Shown: positions 1 to 8,642, numbered from the stretch's first letter. The stretch is 50,907 nucleotides of DNA from Chloroflexota bacterium (GCA_031404235.1 JANNHF010000141.1:1-50907), one strand, 5' to 3'. Numbers and translations: made by a program. The notes: generated by a model from the letters alone, not told the origin.

Positions 1-501
1 GTACGCGAGCCCGAGCAGATGCCGACCCAGCTGACCCCGCGGGACGAGCAACGACCGATCGCCGGTCATCCAGAGATACGACATGAACGCCGCCACGGCG
101 AAGAGGACGATCGCCGCGCCGATGTAGTGGACACGGTAGAAGAGGTAGATCGGGATCGGCAGATTCACGTCGAGGATGCCGCCGAGGTACTGCCACATGC
201 CGGTCGGCAGCGCCAGCACGAAGCCGAGCGTCAGGACGGCGTGGCCGAACACCGTGCCGGGACTCCACCGGCGGATCGCTCCATCGGAGCGCACCTTCGG
301 CCCGTAGGTCCTCGCCATGAGCAGGCCGACCGCGACGCCGAGGCCGAGAACGAACGGCAGCGCCTTGATGAATACGAAGTTGTCCGAGAGCTCGTTGCTC
401 CACGGCTGCGCGCCCGAGCCTGCCTGGCCGAGCACGGTGACCACGCCGAACGCAGCGAGCACCAGGCCCGCCGCGACGACAAGCCAGGTGACGATCCTCA
501 C
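1..501 (-). CDS. Cytochrome b-type membrane anchor (PhsC/YdhU/FdnI-like), 3'-truncated by window edge
   Basis: Not in the ORF track; translated by hand from GTG at 501 (GGAG upstream): MRIVTWLVVAAG...RRWSPGTVFGHAVLTLGFVLALPTG...FYRVHYIGAAIVLF. Several TM helices with His at heme-ligand-like positions; directly downstream of the Fe-S gene. Confidence 0.75.
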   Translation of the reverse strand, partial: MRIVTWLVVAAGLVLAAFGVVTVLGQAGSGAQPWSNELSDNFVFIKALPFVLGLGVAVGLLMARTYGPKVRSDGAIRRWSPGTVFGHAVLTLGFVLALPTGMWQYLGGILDVNLPIPIYLFYRVHYIGAAIVLFAVAAFMSYLWMTGDRSLLVPRGQLGRHLLGLAY

Positions 502-520
502 GTGCTCTCCGGTGCCGCGA

Positions 521-1309
521 TTACGCCTTGCCCTGAGCCGGACTGCCCTCGAATGTTTGGAACGCGCGCAGCTTGTTCCAGGTCTCCTTGTCGGCCTCCG
601 GCGCCGCGAGGCAGAGCCGCCCGGGATCGGTCTTGATGATGCCCTCGCGGATGCGGATGTTGATCGGGCAGCGCTCGACGCACGCGGGTCCACCTTCACG
701 CCAGAAGCAGAGATCGCACTTCGTGAACGTGTCCGCTACCACGTCGTAGGTGATGCGCGAAGTCTGGGGCGGCGACTGGCCCTGGTTCGTCGCGATCGCC
801 ATGTCGCTGGTGGGGAAGATGCACGCCTCGTTGCAGCGGCCGCACGACACGCAGGTGTCCTCGCGGATGAACCGCGCGCCCGTTCGGGGCTCGATCTGCA
901 CCGCGTCCACCGGACAGACGTAGAGGCATTCGGCGGTGGGGCATTGGAGGCAGGGCTCCTGATGGAACGACCCGCGGTCGGGGTACGCGGCCTGGATCAC
1001 CGGGTCGACCATCACCTGTGGGTCGTTGAAGATCCGGATGCGCGGTATGTCCGACAGACCCACGCGCTTGTGCTCCTGCGAGCAGATGACCTCGCAGGTG
1101 AGGCAGCCGATGCACAGCGTCGGGTCGGGGAAGATCACGCCCTCGGCGAATCTGGTCGCCCGCGGCGTCGCCGCGCTCGCCACGGCCGCGCCGCCGAGCG
1201 CCTCGAGGGCCACGAACGCGACGATCGGTGCCGCTCCCCGCAGGAAGTCCCGACGCGAGACGTCCGCCCCGTCTGCCTGTCCGCTCTGCCTGTCCGGGCC
1301 TGAACTCAC
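521..1309 (-). CDS. TAT-exported 4Fe-4S dicluster protein (YdhY/DmsB-like)
   Basis: SRRDFLRG twin-arginine signal; CIGCLTCEVIC, CLQCPTAECLYVCP, CVSCGRCNEAC, CDLC...CVERCP; GTG start at 1309 behind GAGG. Confidence 0.88.
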   Translation of the reverse strand: MSSGPDRQSGQADGADVSRRDFLRGAAPIVAFVALEALGGAAVASAATPRATRFAEGVIFPDPTLCIGCLTCEVICSQEHKRVGLSDIPRIRIFNDPQVMVDPVIQAAYPDRGSFHQEPCLQCPTAECLYVCPVDAVQIEPRTGARFIREDTCVSCGRCNEACIFPTSDMAIATNQGQSPPQTSRITYDVVADTFTKCDLCFWREGGPACVERCPINIRIREGIIKTDPGRLCLAAPEADKETWNKLRAFQTFEGSPAQGKA

Positions 1310-1353
1310 CGCAGTGCACCTCAATAGTGGAATGGCGCCGCGGGCTACTCGAT

Positions 1354-1418
1354 CCTGATCGGAAGTTAGACGGCTCGCCAGCCTTCGTCAACGCGACCGA
1401 GAGCCCCTTCCGATCAGG
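1354..1418 (-). promoter_or_regulatory. Sigma70-type promoter (TTGACG-N17-TAACTT) flanked by a 12-bp inverted repeat
   Basis: -35 at 1391-1386, -10 at 1368-1363; CCTGATCGGAAG (1354-1365) pairs with CTTCCGATCAGG (1407-1418). Confidence 0.6.
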
Positions 1419-2010
1419 TGATCGGGCGCTCCAGGTCAGCCGGTGTATCCACGTCGCGGATCACGCCCGGGTCGTCGACGTCGAGGTCGACGCGTTCGTC
1501 TTGATGATGGTGGATCACGTCGTGCAGGTTCTTCGTCGCGGCCGTCGCGGCGATCTCGTCGCGCAGAGAGAGCGGCATCACGACCGGGTGCCCGCGCTTG
1601 CCTTTGTAGCGCGGCGACACGATCGCGGGCTGCTCGCGGTACTTCGCGATGACGGCCCGCACGGTCTCGGGCCGCACGTACGGCATGTCACCGGGAAGGA
1701 TGACGAGCGCGTCGCCGTTGGCGTTCGCGACGCCGGCCTGGATCGACGAGAACATGCCTCGTGACGGATCGGGGTTCTCGACCGGTCGCACCCGCGGGTC
1801 GCTCAGCGCGTTCACGTCGCGCTCGAGCTCGCCTCGCGCGTCTGTGCCCACCACGACGATCACCTCGGTGACGCCACCATCCAGCAGGCTGCGGATGGTG
1901 TGGTCGAGCAGCGGCTCGCCGGCGACGGGTGCCAGGAGCTTCTTGCCACCGAATCGTTCCGCGGATCCCGCCGCCGTGACGACGGCGACGGCGCGGAAGG
2001 TGTCAGGCAT
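1414..2010 (-). CDS. mocA: Molybdenum cofactor cytidylyltransferase-like nucleotidyltransferase
   Basis: AAGSAERFGGKKLL, GMFSSI, LPGDMP, GKRGHPV, DVDTPAD motifs; ATG at 2010 overlaps hcrB end; fits an MCD-dependent XDH-family enzyme. Confidence 0.85.
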   Translation of the reverse strand: MPDTFRAVAVVTAAGSAERFGGKKLLAPVAGEPLLDHTIRSLLDGGVTEVIVVVGTDARGELERDVNALSDPRVRPVENPDPSRGMFSSIQAGVANANGDALVILPGDMPYVRPETVRAVIAKYREQPAIVSPRYKGKRGHPVVMPLSLRDEIAATAATKNLHDVIHHHQDERVDLDVDDPGVIRDVDTPADLERPIT

Positions 2011-3040
2011 CGCGCAGCGATCGTAGAGCGCGCTCGGTGAGAACGCGCGACGCCCGCTTGCGCTGCGAGATCGTCCCTGAGGTGTTGTCCATCGGCCGGG
2101 CGGTCTTGTGCGCCGCGTCGGCCGCGGCCGCGATCGCGTCGTCGTCGAGCTTGGTCCCGACGAGCATCGACGCGTCGACGGCGACAGGGCGTGACGCCAG
2201 GGCGGTGATCGCGATACGCGCCGCGGCGACCGTGTGGCCGTCGAGACGGACCGCGACGGCGACGCCGGCGATCGGGAAGTCGAACGAGTTGCGGTCGCGC
2301 AGCTTGAGATACGCGCTCCGCCACCCCGTCGCGTCCGGCAGGGTGACCGAGACGACGACATCGTCGCGACCGATCGCCATGTACCGGATCCCATCTTCCC
2401 GGTACAGCTCGGCGAGATCGACCTCGCGACGACCGCTGGCGTTCTCGACCGTGACCGTTGCGCCGAGCGCGATGAGCGCCGGCACCGTGTCCGCGCTCGC
2501 GACGGCGAGGCAGCGCGCGCTCGACGGTGCGACGCGGCATACGACCGACGGATGCGTCTTCATGCAGTAGCCCTCGGCGGTCCGCCAGAACAGCGACTGG
2601 TCGTACCAGTTGCACCGCGTGTCGAGGCAGAGATTCCCGCCGATCGTGCCCATGTTGCGCAGCTGAGGCGTCGAGACCGCGCCGGCCGCCTGCGCGAGCG
2701 CCGTGTACTTCGCCACGACGGTCGGATGCGCGGCGATCTCGGTCAGCGTCGCGCCGGCGGCGATCCGCATGCCCAGGGGGAGGGACCCCTGGGCGCGTAG
2801 CGACCCGTTGCTGATCTCGCGCGCGCCCTTGACGCGCCCGAGCGAGACGAGGACCTGCGGGGTGAACTGCCGGCGCTTCATGTTCGGGAACAGATCGGTG
2901 CCGCCCGCGACGAGCATGACCGGAACGTTCGGCGTTCCGCGCGTCGGATCGGACGCAGCGGCGCCGTGCTCGCGCAGCAGCATCGCGGCCTCGGTCCATG
3001 TGGCCGGTTCCAACAGGTCGAACCGCGGCAGTCGCAGCAT
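2003..3040 (-). CDS. hcrB: 4-hydroxybenzoyl-CoA reductase-like beta (FAD) subunit with extra [4Fe-4S] insert
   Basis: AGGTDLFPNMKRR, RNMGTIGGNLC; Cys-rich insert RCNWYDQSLFWR...YCMK...VCRVAPSSARC; KLRDRNSFDFP. Confidence 0.8.
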   Translation of the reverse strand: MLRLPRFDLLEPATWTEAAMLLREHGAAASDPTRGTPNVPVMLVAGGTDLFPNMKRRQFTPQVLVSLGRVKGAREISNGSLRAQGSLPLGMRIAAGATLTEIAAHPTVVAKYTALAQAAGAVSTPQLRNMGTIGGNLCLDTRCNWYDQSLFWRTAEGYCMKTHPSVVCRVAPSSARCLAVASADTVPALIALGATVTVENASGRREVDLAELYREDGIRYMAIGRDDVVVSVTLPDATGWRSAYLKLRDRNSFDFPIAGVAVAVRLDGHTVAAARIAITALASRPVAVDASMLVGTKLDDDAIAAAADAAHKTARPMDNTSGTISQRKRASRVLTERALRSLRDA

Positions 3041-3043
3041 CTT

Positions 3044-5458
3044 TTAGTCCGCCGGAGTTCCGGTGTTCTTGCGCTCGCGCGCGTCGGTCGACGCCGCGAG
3101 GCGGCGGACCGCTCGTCCGCGGTCGTTCTTGGGATCGCCAAGCCCGTCCGGACCGATGCGGTCCTTCGTCACGCCGCGGTTGTCGCGCTTGCCGAGCGCG
3201 TCCAGGATCTTGTCCGCGGTGATCGGGGTCTCGTCGAAGCGCACGCCGATGGCGTCATACACCGCGTTCGCGATCGCGGGGATGACCGAGTTGAGCGGTC
3301 CTTCGCCCGCCTCTTTCGCGCCGAAGGGACCTTCGCTGTCGTTCGTCTCGACGATGATGGCCTCGAGCTCGGGAGTGTCGCGTGACGTCGGCAGCTTGTA
3401 ATCGAGGAGCGACGGCTTCTTGTGCAGGCCGCCGCGGAAGATCTGCTCCTCGGCGATGATCTCGCCGTACCCCATATACGCGGAACCCTCGATCTGACCT
3501 TCGACGTTCGCGGGATTCAGCGCGCGTCCGCAGTCGTGAGCGGTCGTGATCTTGTTTACGGTGAGCGTCCCCATCTCGAGGTCGACGGACACCTCGGCCA
3601 CCGAGGCCTGGTACGAGTACGCCGGCGTGGGACCAACGCCGGCGCCTTTGTAACTCCCACCGATGCCGGCCGGCGGCTTGTAGCTTCCGGCGGCGACGAG
3701 CGTGCCGTGCTTGCCTTCGGCGAGGTTGGCCGCCTCGATGAAGGAGAGGTGCTTCTCCGGATCGCGCAGGTCGTATATGCGACCGTACGCCGTCGCGAGC
3801 CGTTCAACGCCTACGCCGAGCTTTTCCGAGGCCGCCTCGAACAGCAGCGCGCGCAGCTTCATCCCGGCTTCCTTGACCGCGTTGCCCGCCATCATCGTGA
3901 CGCGGCTGGAGTACGAGCCCAGGTCCACCGGCGCGAGCGACGTATCGCCCGAGACGACGTGCACGTCTTCGGGAAGCACGCCCAGCGTCTCCGCCGCGAC
4001 GGACGCGAGCATGTTGTCGGAGCCCTGCCCGATCTCGGCCGTGCCGCACATCACCGTCACGCCGCCGCCACGATCGATGCGGATCTCCGCGCCGGAGTGC
4101 GGCAGCGGGTTCCAGTAGATCGGGAGCCCTGCGCCCGAGATGTACGCGCTGCCGGCGACGCCGATGCCCTTTCCCTTCGGCAGGCTCTCGCGCTTCGCGT
4201 CCCAGCCGGTCGCCTGGCGCACCGCCCTCAGGCAGTCGCCCAGACCCATGGTGGTGATGCGCAGGTCGTTGACCGTGCGCGTGTTGGCCGGCTGCAGCAC
4301 GCGCAGCCGGTACTCGATGGGATCGAAGCCGAGCTCGGTCGCGATCTTGTCGAGCTGGCATTCGAATGCGTAGCGGGGCTGCGTCGTGCCGTGCCCGCGC
4401 TTTGGTCCGCATGGCGGCTTGTTCGTGTACACGCGCACGCCGTCGAACTTGTACGCGGGGATCCGGTACGTGACCGTCATGAGCGCGCCGGTGTAATAGG
4501 TGGTCGCGATGCCATACGACGCGTACGCGCCGCCGTCGAGGTAGCTCTGGAAGTGCACAGCGGTGATCTCGCCGTCCTTCTTGACCCCGGTCCGCAGGTG
4601 CATCTTCACCGGGTGGCGACCGCGGTGCGCGTAGAAGACCTCCTCGCGGTCGAGCGTGAACTTCACCGGCCGCTTCGTGCGCATCGAGAGGAGCGCCGCC
4701 GAGAACTCGTGGCCGAACGCGTCGCTCTTGCCGCCGAAGGCACCGCCGTTCGGCGTCGCGATTACGCGGATGCGTGAGCGCGGCAGCTTGAGAACCTTCT
4801 CGAGCTCGCGGTGCACGTAGTGGGGGACCTGGGTCGCGGTCCAGAGGGTGAGCTTCCCGTCGCCGTCGTATGAGGCGACGCACGAGTGCGTCTCGATGGG
4901 CGCGTGCGTGTTGCCCTCGAAGAAGGACCAGTCGTCGCGGACGAGGTCGGCGGCGGCGAATCCGGCGTCGAGATCGCCGAACGCGAGATGGACTTCCTTG
5001 AAGACGTTCGCGCGACGCGAGTCCTCGTGGATCTTGACGTCGTCCCGCTCGAGCGCGTCCTGGATGGTGAAGATCGGCTCCAGAGGCTCGTAGTCGACGT
5101 CGATCAGAGAGAGCGCCTCGAACGCGGTGTCCTCGTCGAGCGCCGCAACGGCCGCGACCGGCTCGCCGATGTAACGCACCTTGTCGACAGCCAGCGCCGT
5201 CTCGTCCTGCGTCGACGGCATGATCCCCATCTTCTCCGGCATATCCGCGCCGGTGACGATGGCGACGACGCCGGGGTGCGCGAGCGCGCGGGAGACGTCG
5301 AGACGCTTGATGCGTGCGTGAGGCTGGGTCGAACGCAGCAGGCGCCCGTACAGCATGCGCGGCAGGCGGATGTCGTCGGCGTAGAGCGCCGTCCCGGTCA
5401 GGTGCGCCCAGGCATTCACCTTCGGGAGGCGCCGGCCGACGATCGAGAATTCGCTCAT
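3044..5458 (-). CDS. hcrA: 4-hydroxybenzoyl-CoA reductase-like alpha (molybdopterin) subunit
   Basis: XDH-family large subunit: TQVPHY, GGAFGGK, RGHG, EIGQGS, YSSRVT, GAKEAGEG; ATG at 5458 behind AGGA. Confidence 0.8.
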   Translation of the reverse strand: MSEFSIVGRRLPKVNAWAHLTGTALYADDIRLPRMLYGRLLRSTQPHARIKRLDVSRALAHPGVVAIVTGADMPEKMGIMPSTQDETALAVDKVRYIGEPVAAVAALDEDTAFEALSLIDVDYEPLEPIFTIQDALERDDVKIHEDSRRANVFKEVHLAFGDLDAGFAAADLVRDDWSFFEGNTHAPIETHSCVASYDGDGKLTLWTATQVPHYVHRELEKVLKLPRSRIRVIATPNGGAFGGKSDAFGHEFSAALLSMRTKRPVKFTLDREEVFYAHRGRHPVKMHLRTGVKKDGEITAVHFQSYLDGGAYASYGIATTYYTGALMTVTYRIPAYKFDGVRVYTNKPPCGPKRGHGTTQPRYAFECQLDKIATELGFDPIEYRLRVLQPANTRTVNDLRITTMGLGDCLRAVRQATGWDAKRESLPKGKGIGVAGSAYISGAGLPIYWNPLPHSGAEIRIDRGGGVTVMCGTAEIGQGSDNMLASVAAETLGVLPEDVHVVSGDTSLAPVDLGSYSSRVTMMAGNAVKEAGMKLRALLFEAASEKLGVGVERLATAYGRIYDLRDPEKHLSFIEAANLAEGKHGTLVAAGSYKPPAGIGGSYKGAGVGPTPAYSYQASVAEVSVDLEMGTLTVNKITTAHDCGRALNPANVEGQIEGSAYMGYGEIIAEEQIFRGGLHKKPSLLDYKLPTSRDTPELEAIIVETNDSEGPFGAKEAGEGPLNSVIPAIANAVYDAIGVRFDETPITADKILDALGKRDNRGVTKDRIGPDGLGDPKNDRGRAVRRLAASTDARERKNTGTPAD

Positions 5459-5463
5459 GTCCT

Positions 5464-5544
5464 GCTCAATCTCTCGCCTTCGGCGAGGAGACACGCTCAA
5501 GGCTGGTGGACTCGCTCCTCGCGGATGAACCGCTCGTCGCTCGA
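5464..5544 (-). repeat. Structured ~81-bp repeat, copy 1
   Basis: Identical to 25448-25529 (opposite strand) except at two hairpin tips. Confidence 0.95.
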
Positions 5545-6011
5545 TCCGTTCTTGCCGCCGCCCTATCGATCGCCTCGTAGATCGAGGTGTAGCCGGTGCA
5601 GCGGCACAGATTGCCGCTGATCGCCTCCGCCATCTGCTCGCGGGTCGGACGCGGATGGGCGTCGAGCAGGGCCTTCGCCGAAAGCAGCATGCCGGGCGTG
5701 CAGTACCCGCACTGCGCGGCGCCCTCCTCGGCGAACGCCGTCTGGAGCGGATGGAGCTCCGGGCCCGTCGCGAGGCCTTCGACGGTGGTCACCTCGGCCG
5801 TGCCGATCTGCTGCGGGAGCACGAGGCAGGAGAGCACCTGCCGGCCGTCGACGAGGACCGTGCAGGCCCCACACTCGCCAAGCTCGCATCCGTGCTTCGT
5901 CCCGGTGAGGCCCAGCTCCTCGCGCAGCACCTCGAGCAGCGTGTGGTGCGGCTCCGCGGCGACGGTGTGCGCCTCACCGTTCACGTGGAGTGTGACGAGC
6001 GACTTCGTCAT
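5466..6011 (-). CDS. hcrC: 2x[2Fe-2S] small subunit; C-terminus extended by the repeat element
   Basis: GTKHGCELGECGACTV, QCGYCTPG, GNLCRCTGY. Confidence 0.85.
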   Translation of the reverse strand: MTKSLVTLHVNGEAHTVAAEPHHTLLEVLREELGLTGTKHGCELGECGACTVLVDGRQVLSCLVLPQQIGTAEVTTVEGLATGPELHPLQTAFAEEGAAQCGYCTPGMLLSAKALLDAHPRPTREQMAEAISGNLCRCTGYTSIYEAIDRAAARTDRATSGSSARSESTSLERVSSPKARD

Positions 6012-6685
6012 GCGCCCACGACCCCGTCGCGCTCGGGCGCGCCGTTGCGACGCGAGATCGCCGCGGCCGCGCTCGCGCAGCGCTCACCGATGCGGCGCAA
6101 CGTCCGAAGATCCAGACGTTCCCTGAAGCCGACCACCATGACCGCCGCGACCCGACGTCCGCGCGCATCGGTCACCGGAGCGGCGACGGCGCGCACGCCA
6201 GGGAAGAGCTCCTGATCGTCGTATCCGATCGCCTCGCGATGCGAGAGCACCTTCCCGTGCGCTCCTGCGTCGAGGGGCAGCCGCCGTCCGAGCGGCGCGC
6301 TCATGTGCAGCCCTGCCTGTGGCTCGGCGCGCGCGGCGATCTCGTGTTTGCCGTCGTGGACGATGCCGAGGATCGCGGTCTCCCCGAACGTCTCCATCAG
6401 GCTCACAAGGTGTGGCTGCGCGAGCGAGCGCAGATCGGGAGAGCTCGCATCAGCGAGCGCGCGCAGCTGCGGGCCGAGGCGGAAGCGGGTGTCGGCGTCG
6501 CGGACGACGAAGCCGTGCGCGTCGAGGGTGAGCAGGATGTCGCGCAGCGTCCCTTTGGAGACGTTGAGCGCCCGGGCGAGTTCGGAGATGCCCTGTGGCC
6601 GCTGGCCGTCCGCAAGCGCGCGCAAGACACGCGCGGTCTTCTCGACCGCCGGGACCGGCCGCAGGCCCGCCGTACTCTCCACCAT
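6008..6685 (-). CDS. IclR family transcriptional regulator
   Basis: VPAVEKTARVL N-terminal HTH, RFRLGPQL, GRRLPL..GAHGKVL, GVRAVAAPV; ATGA overlap with hcrC. Confidence 0.9.
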   Translation of the reverse strand: MVESTAGLRPVPAVEKTARVLRALADGQRPQGISELARALNVSKGTLRDILLTLDAHGFVVRDADTRFRLGPQLRALADASSPDLRSLAQPHLVSLMETFGETAILGIVHDGKHEIAARAEPQAGLHMSAPLGRRLPLDAGAHGKVLSHREAIGYDDQELFPGVRAVAAPVTDARGRRVAAVMVVGFRERLDLRTLRRIGERCASAAAAISRRNGAPERDGVVGA

Positions 6686-6689
6686 ACGC

Positions 6690-6718
6690 GTACGAAGGAT
6701 AGTACGGACGTCCTACTA
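6690..6718. promoter_or_regulatory. Candidate IclR operator overlapping the iclR -10
   Basis: Near-perfect palindrome TAGTAcGGACGTCCTACTA (6700-6718) and GTACG-N6-AGTAC (6690-6705). Confidence 0.45.
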
Positions 6719-6787
6719 AGGCCGCGTGGTCCGCGGGTGCGCCGGCCCTAGACTCGGCCACGCCACGCGCGCCGAGGAGGGATCGCC

Positions 6788-7531
6788 ATGCCGACGATCA
6801 AGCTGCCCGAACCGTCCGAGCACAACGACATGGTCAAGAAGGTCGACGCGATGATCCGCGAGATCTCAAAAGCTTCGACCATGACGGCATCGACCCGGGC
6901 GCTCGGGCTGCGGCCATCGCTCCTCATCGGAGAGCACGAGGAGCTCGCTCACATCATGGCCAAGCGCGGACTCTTGAACCTCCAGAACCACATGATCGGG
7001 CTCGCTGTCGCGGCCGCAAGATCCGCCCCGTACGAGCTGTACGTGCACACGCGCAGTCTTCAGCTCGAGTACGGACTGGATAACGGGCAGATCGTCGAGC
7101 TCGCTGCGACCGTCGCGCACGTCTCGAGCATCAACGCGTTCGAGAGAGCGATCGCCGCGTTCAACGACAACGCGCCAATGCGCGCGCAGGAACCCTCGGC
7201 GCCCGCATTGGTGGAGGTGCGGAAGAAGCTGGGAAGCGTGCCGCGCTACTTCCTGTACATGGCGAGCGATCCGAAGTACACGAAGATCGTGCTCGACCGC
7301 GAAGTCGCCACTATCCACGAGGGCGAGGTCTCCCGTCTCAACAAGGAGCTCGTCGCCTACGCCACGAGCGTCGTGAACGACGGAAAGCTGTCGATGCTCT
7401 ACCGCGCCGAGGTGCTCCGCGGCCTCGGGCTGACGAACGAGCAGCTCTTCGAGGTGACGATGGTCGTGAGCATCTTCGTCAAGAACGCTTCCTTCACCAC
7501 GGCGCTGCAGCTGGAGCCCACCGCGCCCTAG
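6788..7531 (+). CDS. Tandem AhpD/carboxymuconolactone decarboxylase-like protein with no Cys
   Basis: Two CMD-like repeats (HMIGLAVAAARSAPYELYVH; KELVAYATSVVND...GLTNEQLFE); strong GAGGAGG RBS. Confidence 0.7.
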   Translation: MPTIKLPEPSEHNDMVKKVDAMIREISKASTMTASTRALGLRPSLLIGEHEELAHIMAKRGLLNLQNHMIGLAVAAARSAPYELYVHTRSLQLEYGLDNGQIVELAATVAHVSSINAFERAIAAFNDNAPMRAQEPSAPALVEVRKKLGSVPRYFLYMASDPKYTKIVLDREVATIHEGEVSRLNKELVAYATSVVNDGKLSMLYRAEVLRGLGLTNEQLFEVTMVVSIFVKNASFTTALQLEPTAP

Positions 7532-8046
7532 ACGACCTTCGCTCCGAGCGTCTTCTCGAGCTCCCGAAGCGCGTCGCGGTGCGCCTCCTCGTCGAACGAC
7601 GTGACGCCATCGCGCACGACCTCGACCGCGTAGCCGAGATTGCGCGCGTCCGCGGCGGTGTAAAGGACGCAGATGTTGGTGCAGTCGCCCACCAGCCGCA
7701 GCGTGTCGACTCCTCGCTCGCGCAGCGTGATGTCGAGATCCGTTCCGAAGAAACCGGAGTAGCGGCGCTTCGGGATCACGTCGTCGGCGTCCTCAGGAGC
7801 GACCTCGGGGATGATCTCGGCGCCTTTCGTGCCGACAATGGCGTGGGGCGGGAAGACCTTGAACTCGGCGTCGTCCGGCAGGTGGTTGTCGGTCAGATAG
7901 ATGACCTGTTCGCCGGCGGCGCGCGCACGTTCGAGCTCGCGCTGGATGACGGGAATGACCTGGGCCATCGACGGGCCGCAGTACAGGGCGCCGCCCTCGT
8001 GCGCGAAGTCTTCGATCATGTCGATCACGACCAGCGCCCGCTTCAC
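7528..8046 (-). CDS. Isochorismatase/nicotinamidase-family cysteine hydrolase
   Basis: ALVVIDM, DNH, FPPHA, KRRYSGF, GDCTNICV. Confidence 0.9.
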   Translation of the reverse strand: MKRALVVIDMIEDFAHEGGALYCGPSMAQVIPVIQRELERARAAGEQVIYLTDNHLPDDAEFKVFPPHAIVGTKGAEIIPEVAPEDADDVIPKRRYSGFFGTDLDITLRERGVDTLRLVGDCTNICVLYTAADARNLGYAVEVVRDGVTSFDEEAHRDALRELEKTLGAKVV

Positions 8047-8063
8047 GACCAGACCTTAGCGCG

Positions 8064-8097
8064 AAAAAGAGAGGACGGCAGATGCCGTCCTCTCTTT
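8064..8097 (-). terminator. Rho-independent terminator downstream of erpA
   Basis: AAAGAGAGGACGGCA-N2-TGCCGTCCTCTCTTT hairpin ending in a U-tract on the minus strand. Confidence 0.85.
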
Positions 8098-8117
8098 GGT
8101 GTCAGGTGCGAGTGCGG

Positions 8118-8522
8118 TTAGTGGTGACAGGCCTTCGCGGTACCGCTCTGCTCGGCCGTCTTGAACGATTGCCCGCAGCCGCAGCTCGAAACGGCGTTCG
8201 GGTTGCGAAGCGCGAAGCCGCCGCCCATGAGGGCGTCGACGAAGTCGATCTCCGAGCCCTTGAGGTACATCGCGCTCATCGGGTCCACGACGATGCGAAC
8301 ACCGTCGGTCTCGACGAGCGTGTCGTCCTGCTCGCGGCCTTCCGCGAAGGTCATACCGTAGGAGAAGCCGGAGCAGCCGCCCGGCGTGACATAGACACGA
8401 AGCGCAAGGTCGGCGCGGCCCTGCTTCGCAATGACTTCCTTGAGCTTGTCGGTCGCGCGTGCGGTCATCGTCACGACCGGCTGGTCGGTCTGGATGCCGG
8501 CCTCCTGTTGCTCGATGGCCAT
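8118..8522 (-). CDS. erpA: A-type Fe-S carrier (ErpA/IscA/HesB)
   Basis: GGCSGFSYG, IDFVDALMGGGF, NPNAVSSCGCGQSF. Confidence 0.9.
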   Translation of the reverse strand: MAIEQQEAGIQTDQPVVTMTARATDKLKEVIAKQGRADLALRVYVTPGGCSGFSYGMTFAEGREQDDTLVETDGVRIVVDPMSAMYLKGSEIDFVDALMGGGFALRNPNAVSSCGCGQSFKTAEQSGTAKACHH

Positions 8523-8642
8523 AATTCGTGCGTCCCCTTTTGCGGTTCGGTCTGAGCCACATGATAGCCGACCTACTGCGGCGTTGAAGCGATTTACGCC
8601 AGCAGCTGAGCGCCGCAGGGCTGCGCTCATACACTCGATTTC

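Noticed and set aside
1325-1420. Moco/Tuco riboswitch upstream of the Fe-S gene
   Set aside because: I see no recognisable conserved Moco-RNA elements; the region is better explained as a promoter plus inverted repeat
3085-3125. Hairpins in the HcrA C-terminal tail as another inserted element
   Set aside because: Stems of 6 bp or less are expected by chance at this GC content, and there is no match to the other repeats
3044-5458. Aerobic CO dehydrogenase CoxL or true xanthine dehydrogenase
   Set aside because: No AYxCSFR loop; RGHG, GAKE and the HcrB Cys insert point to the Hcr-like group
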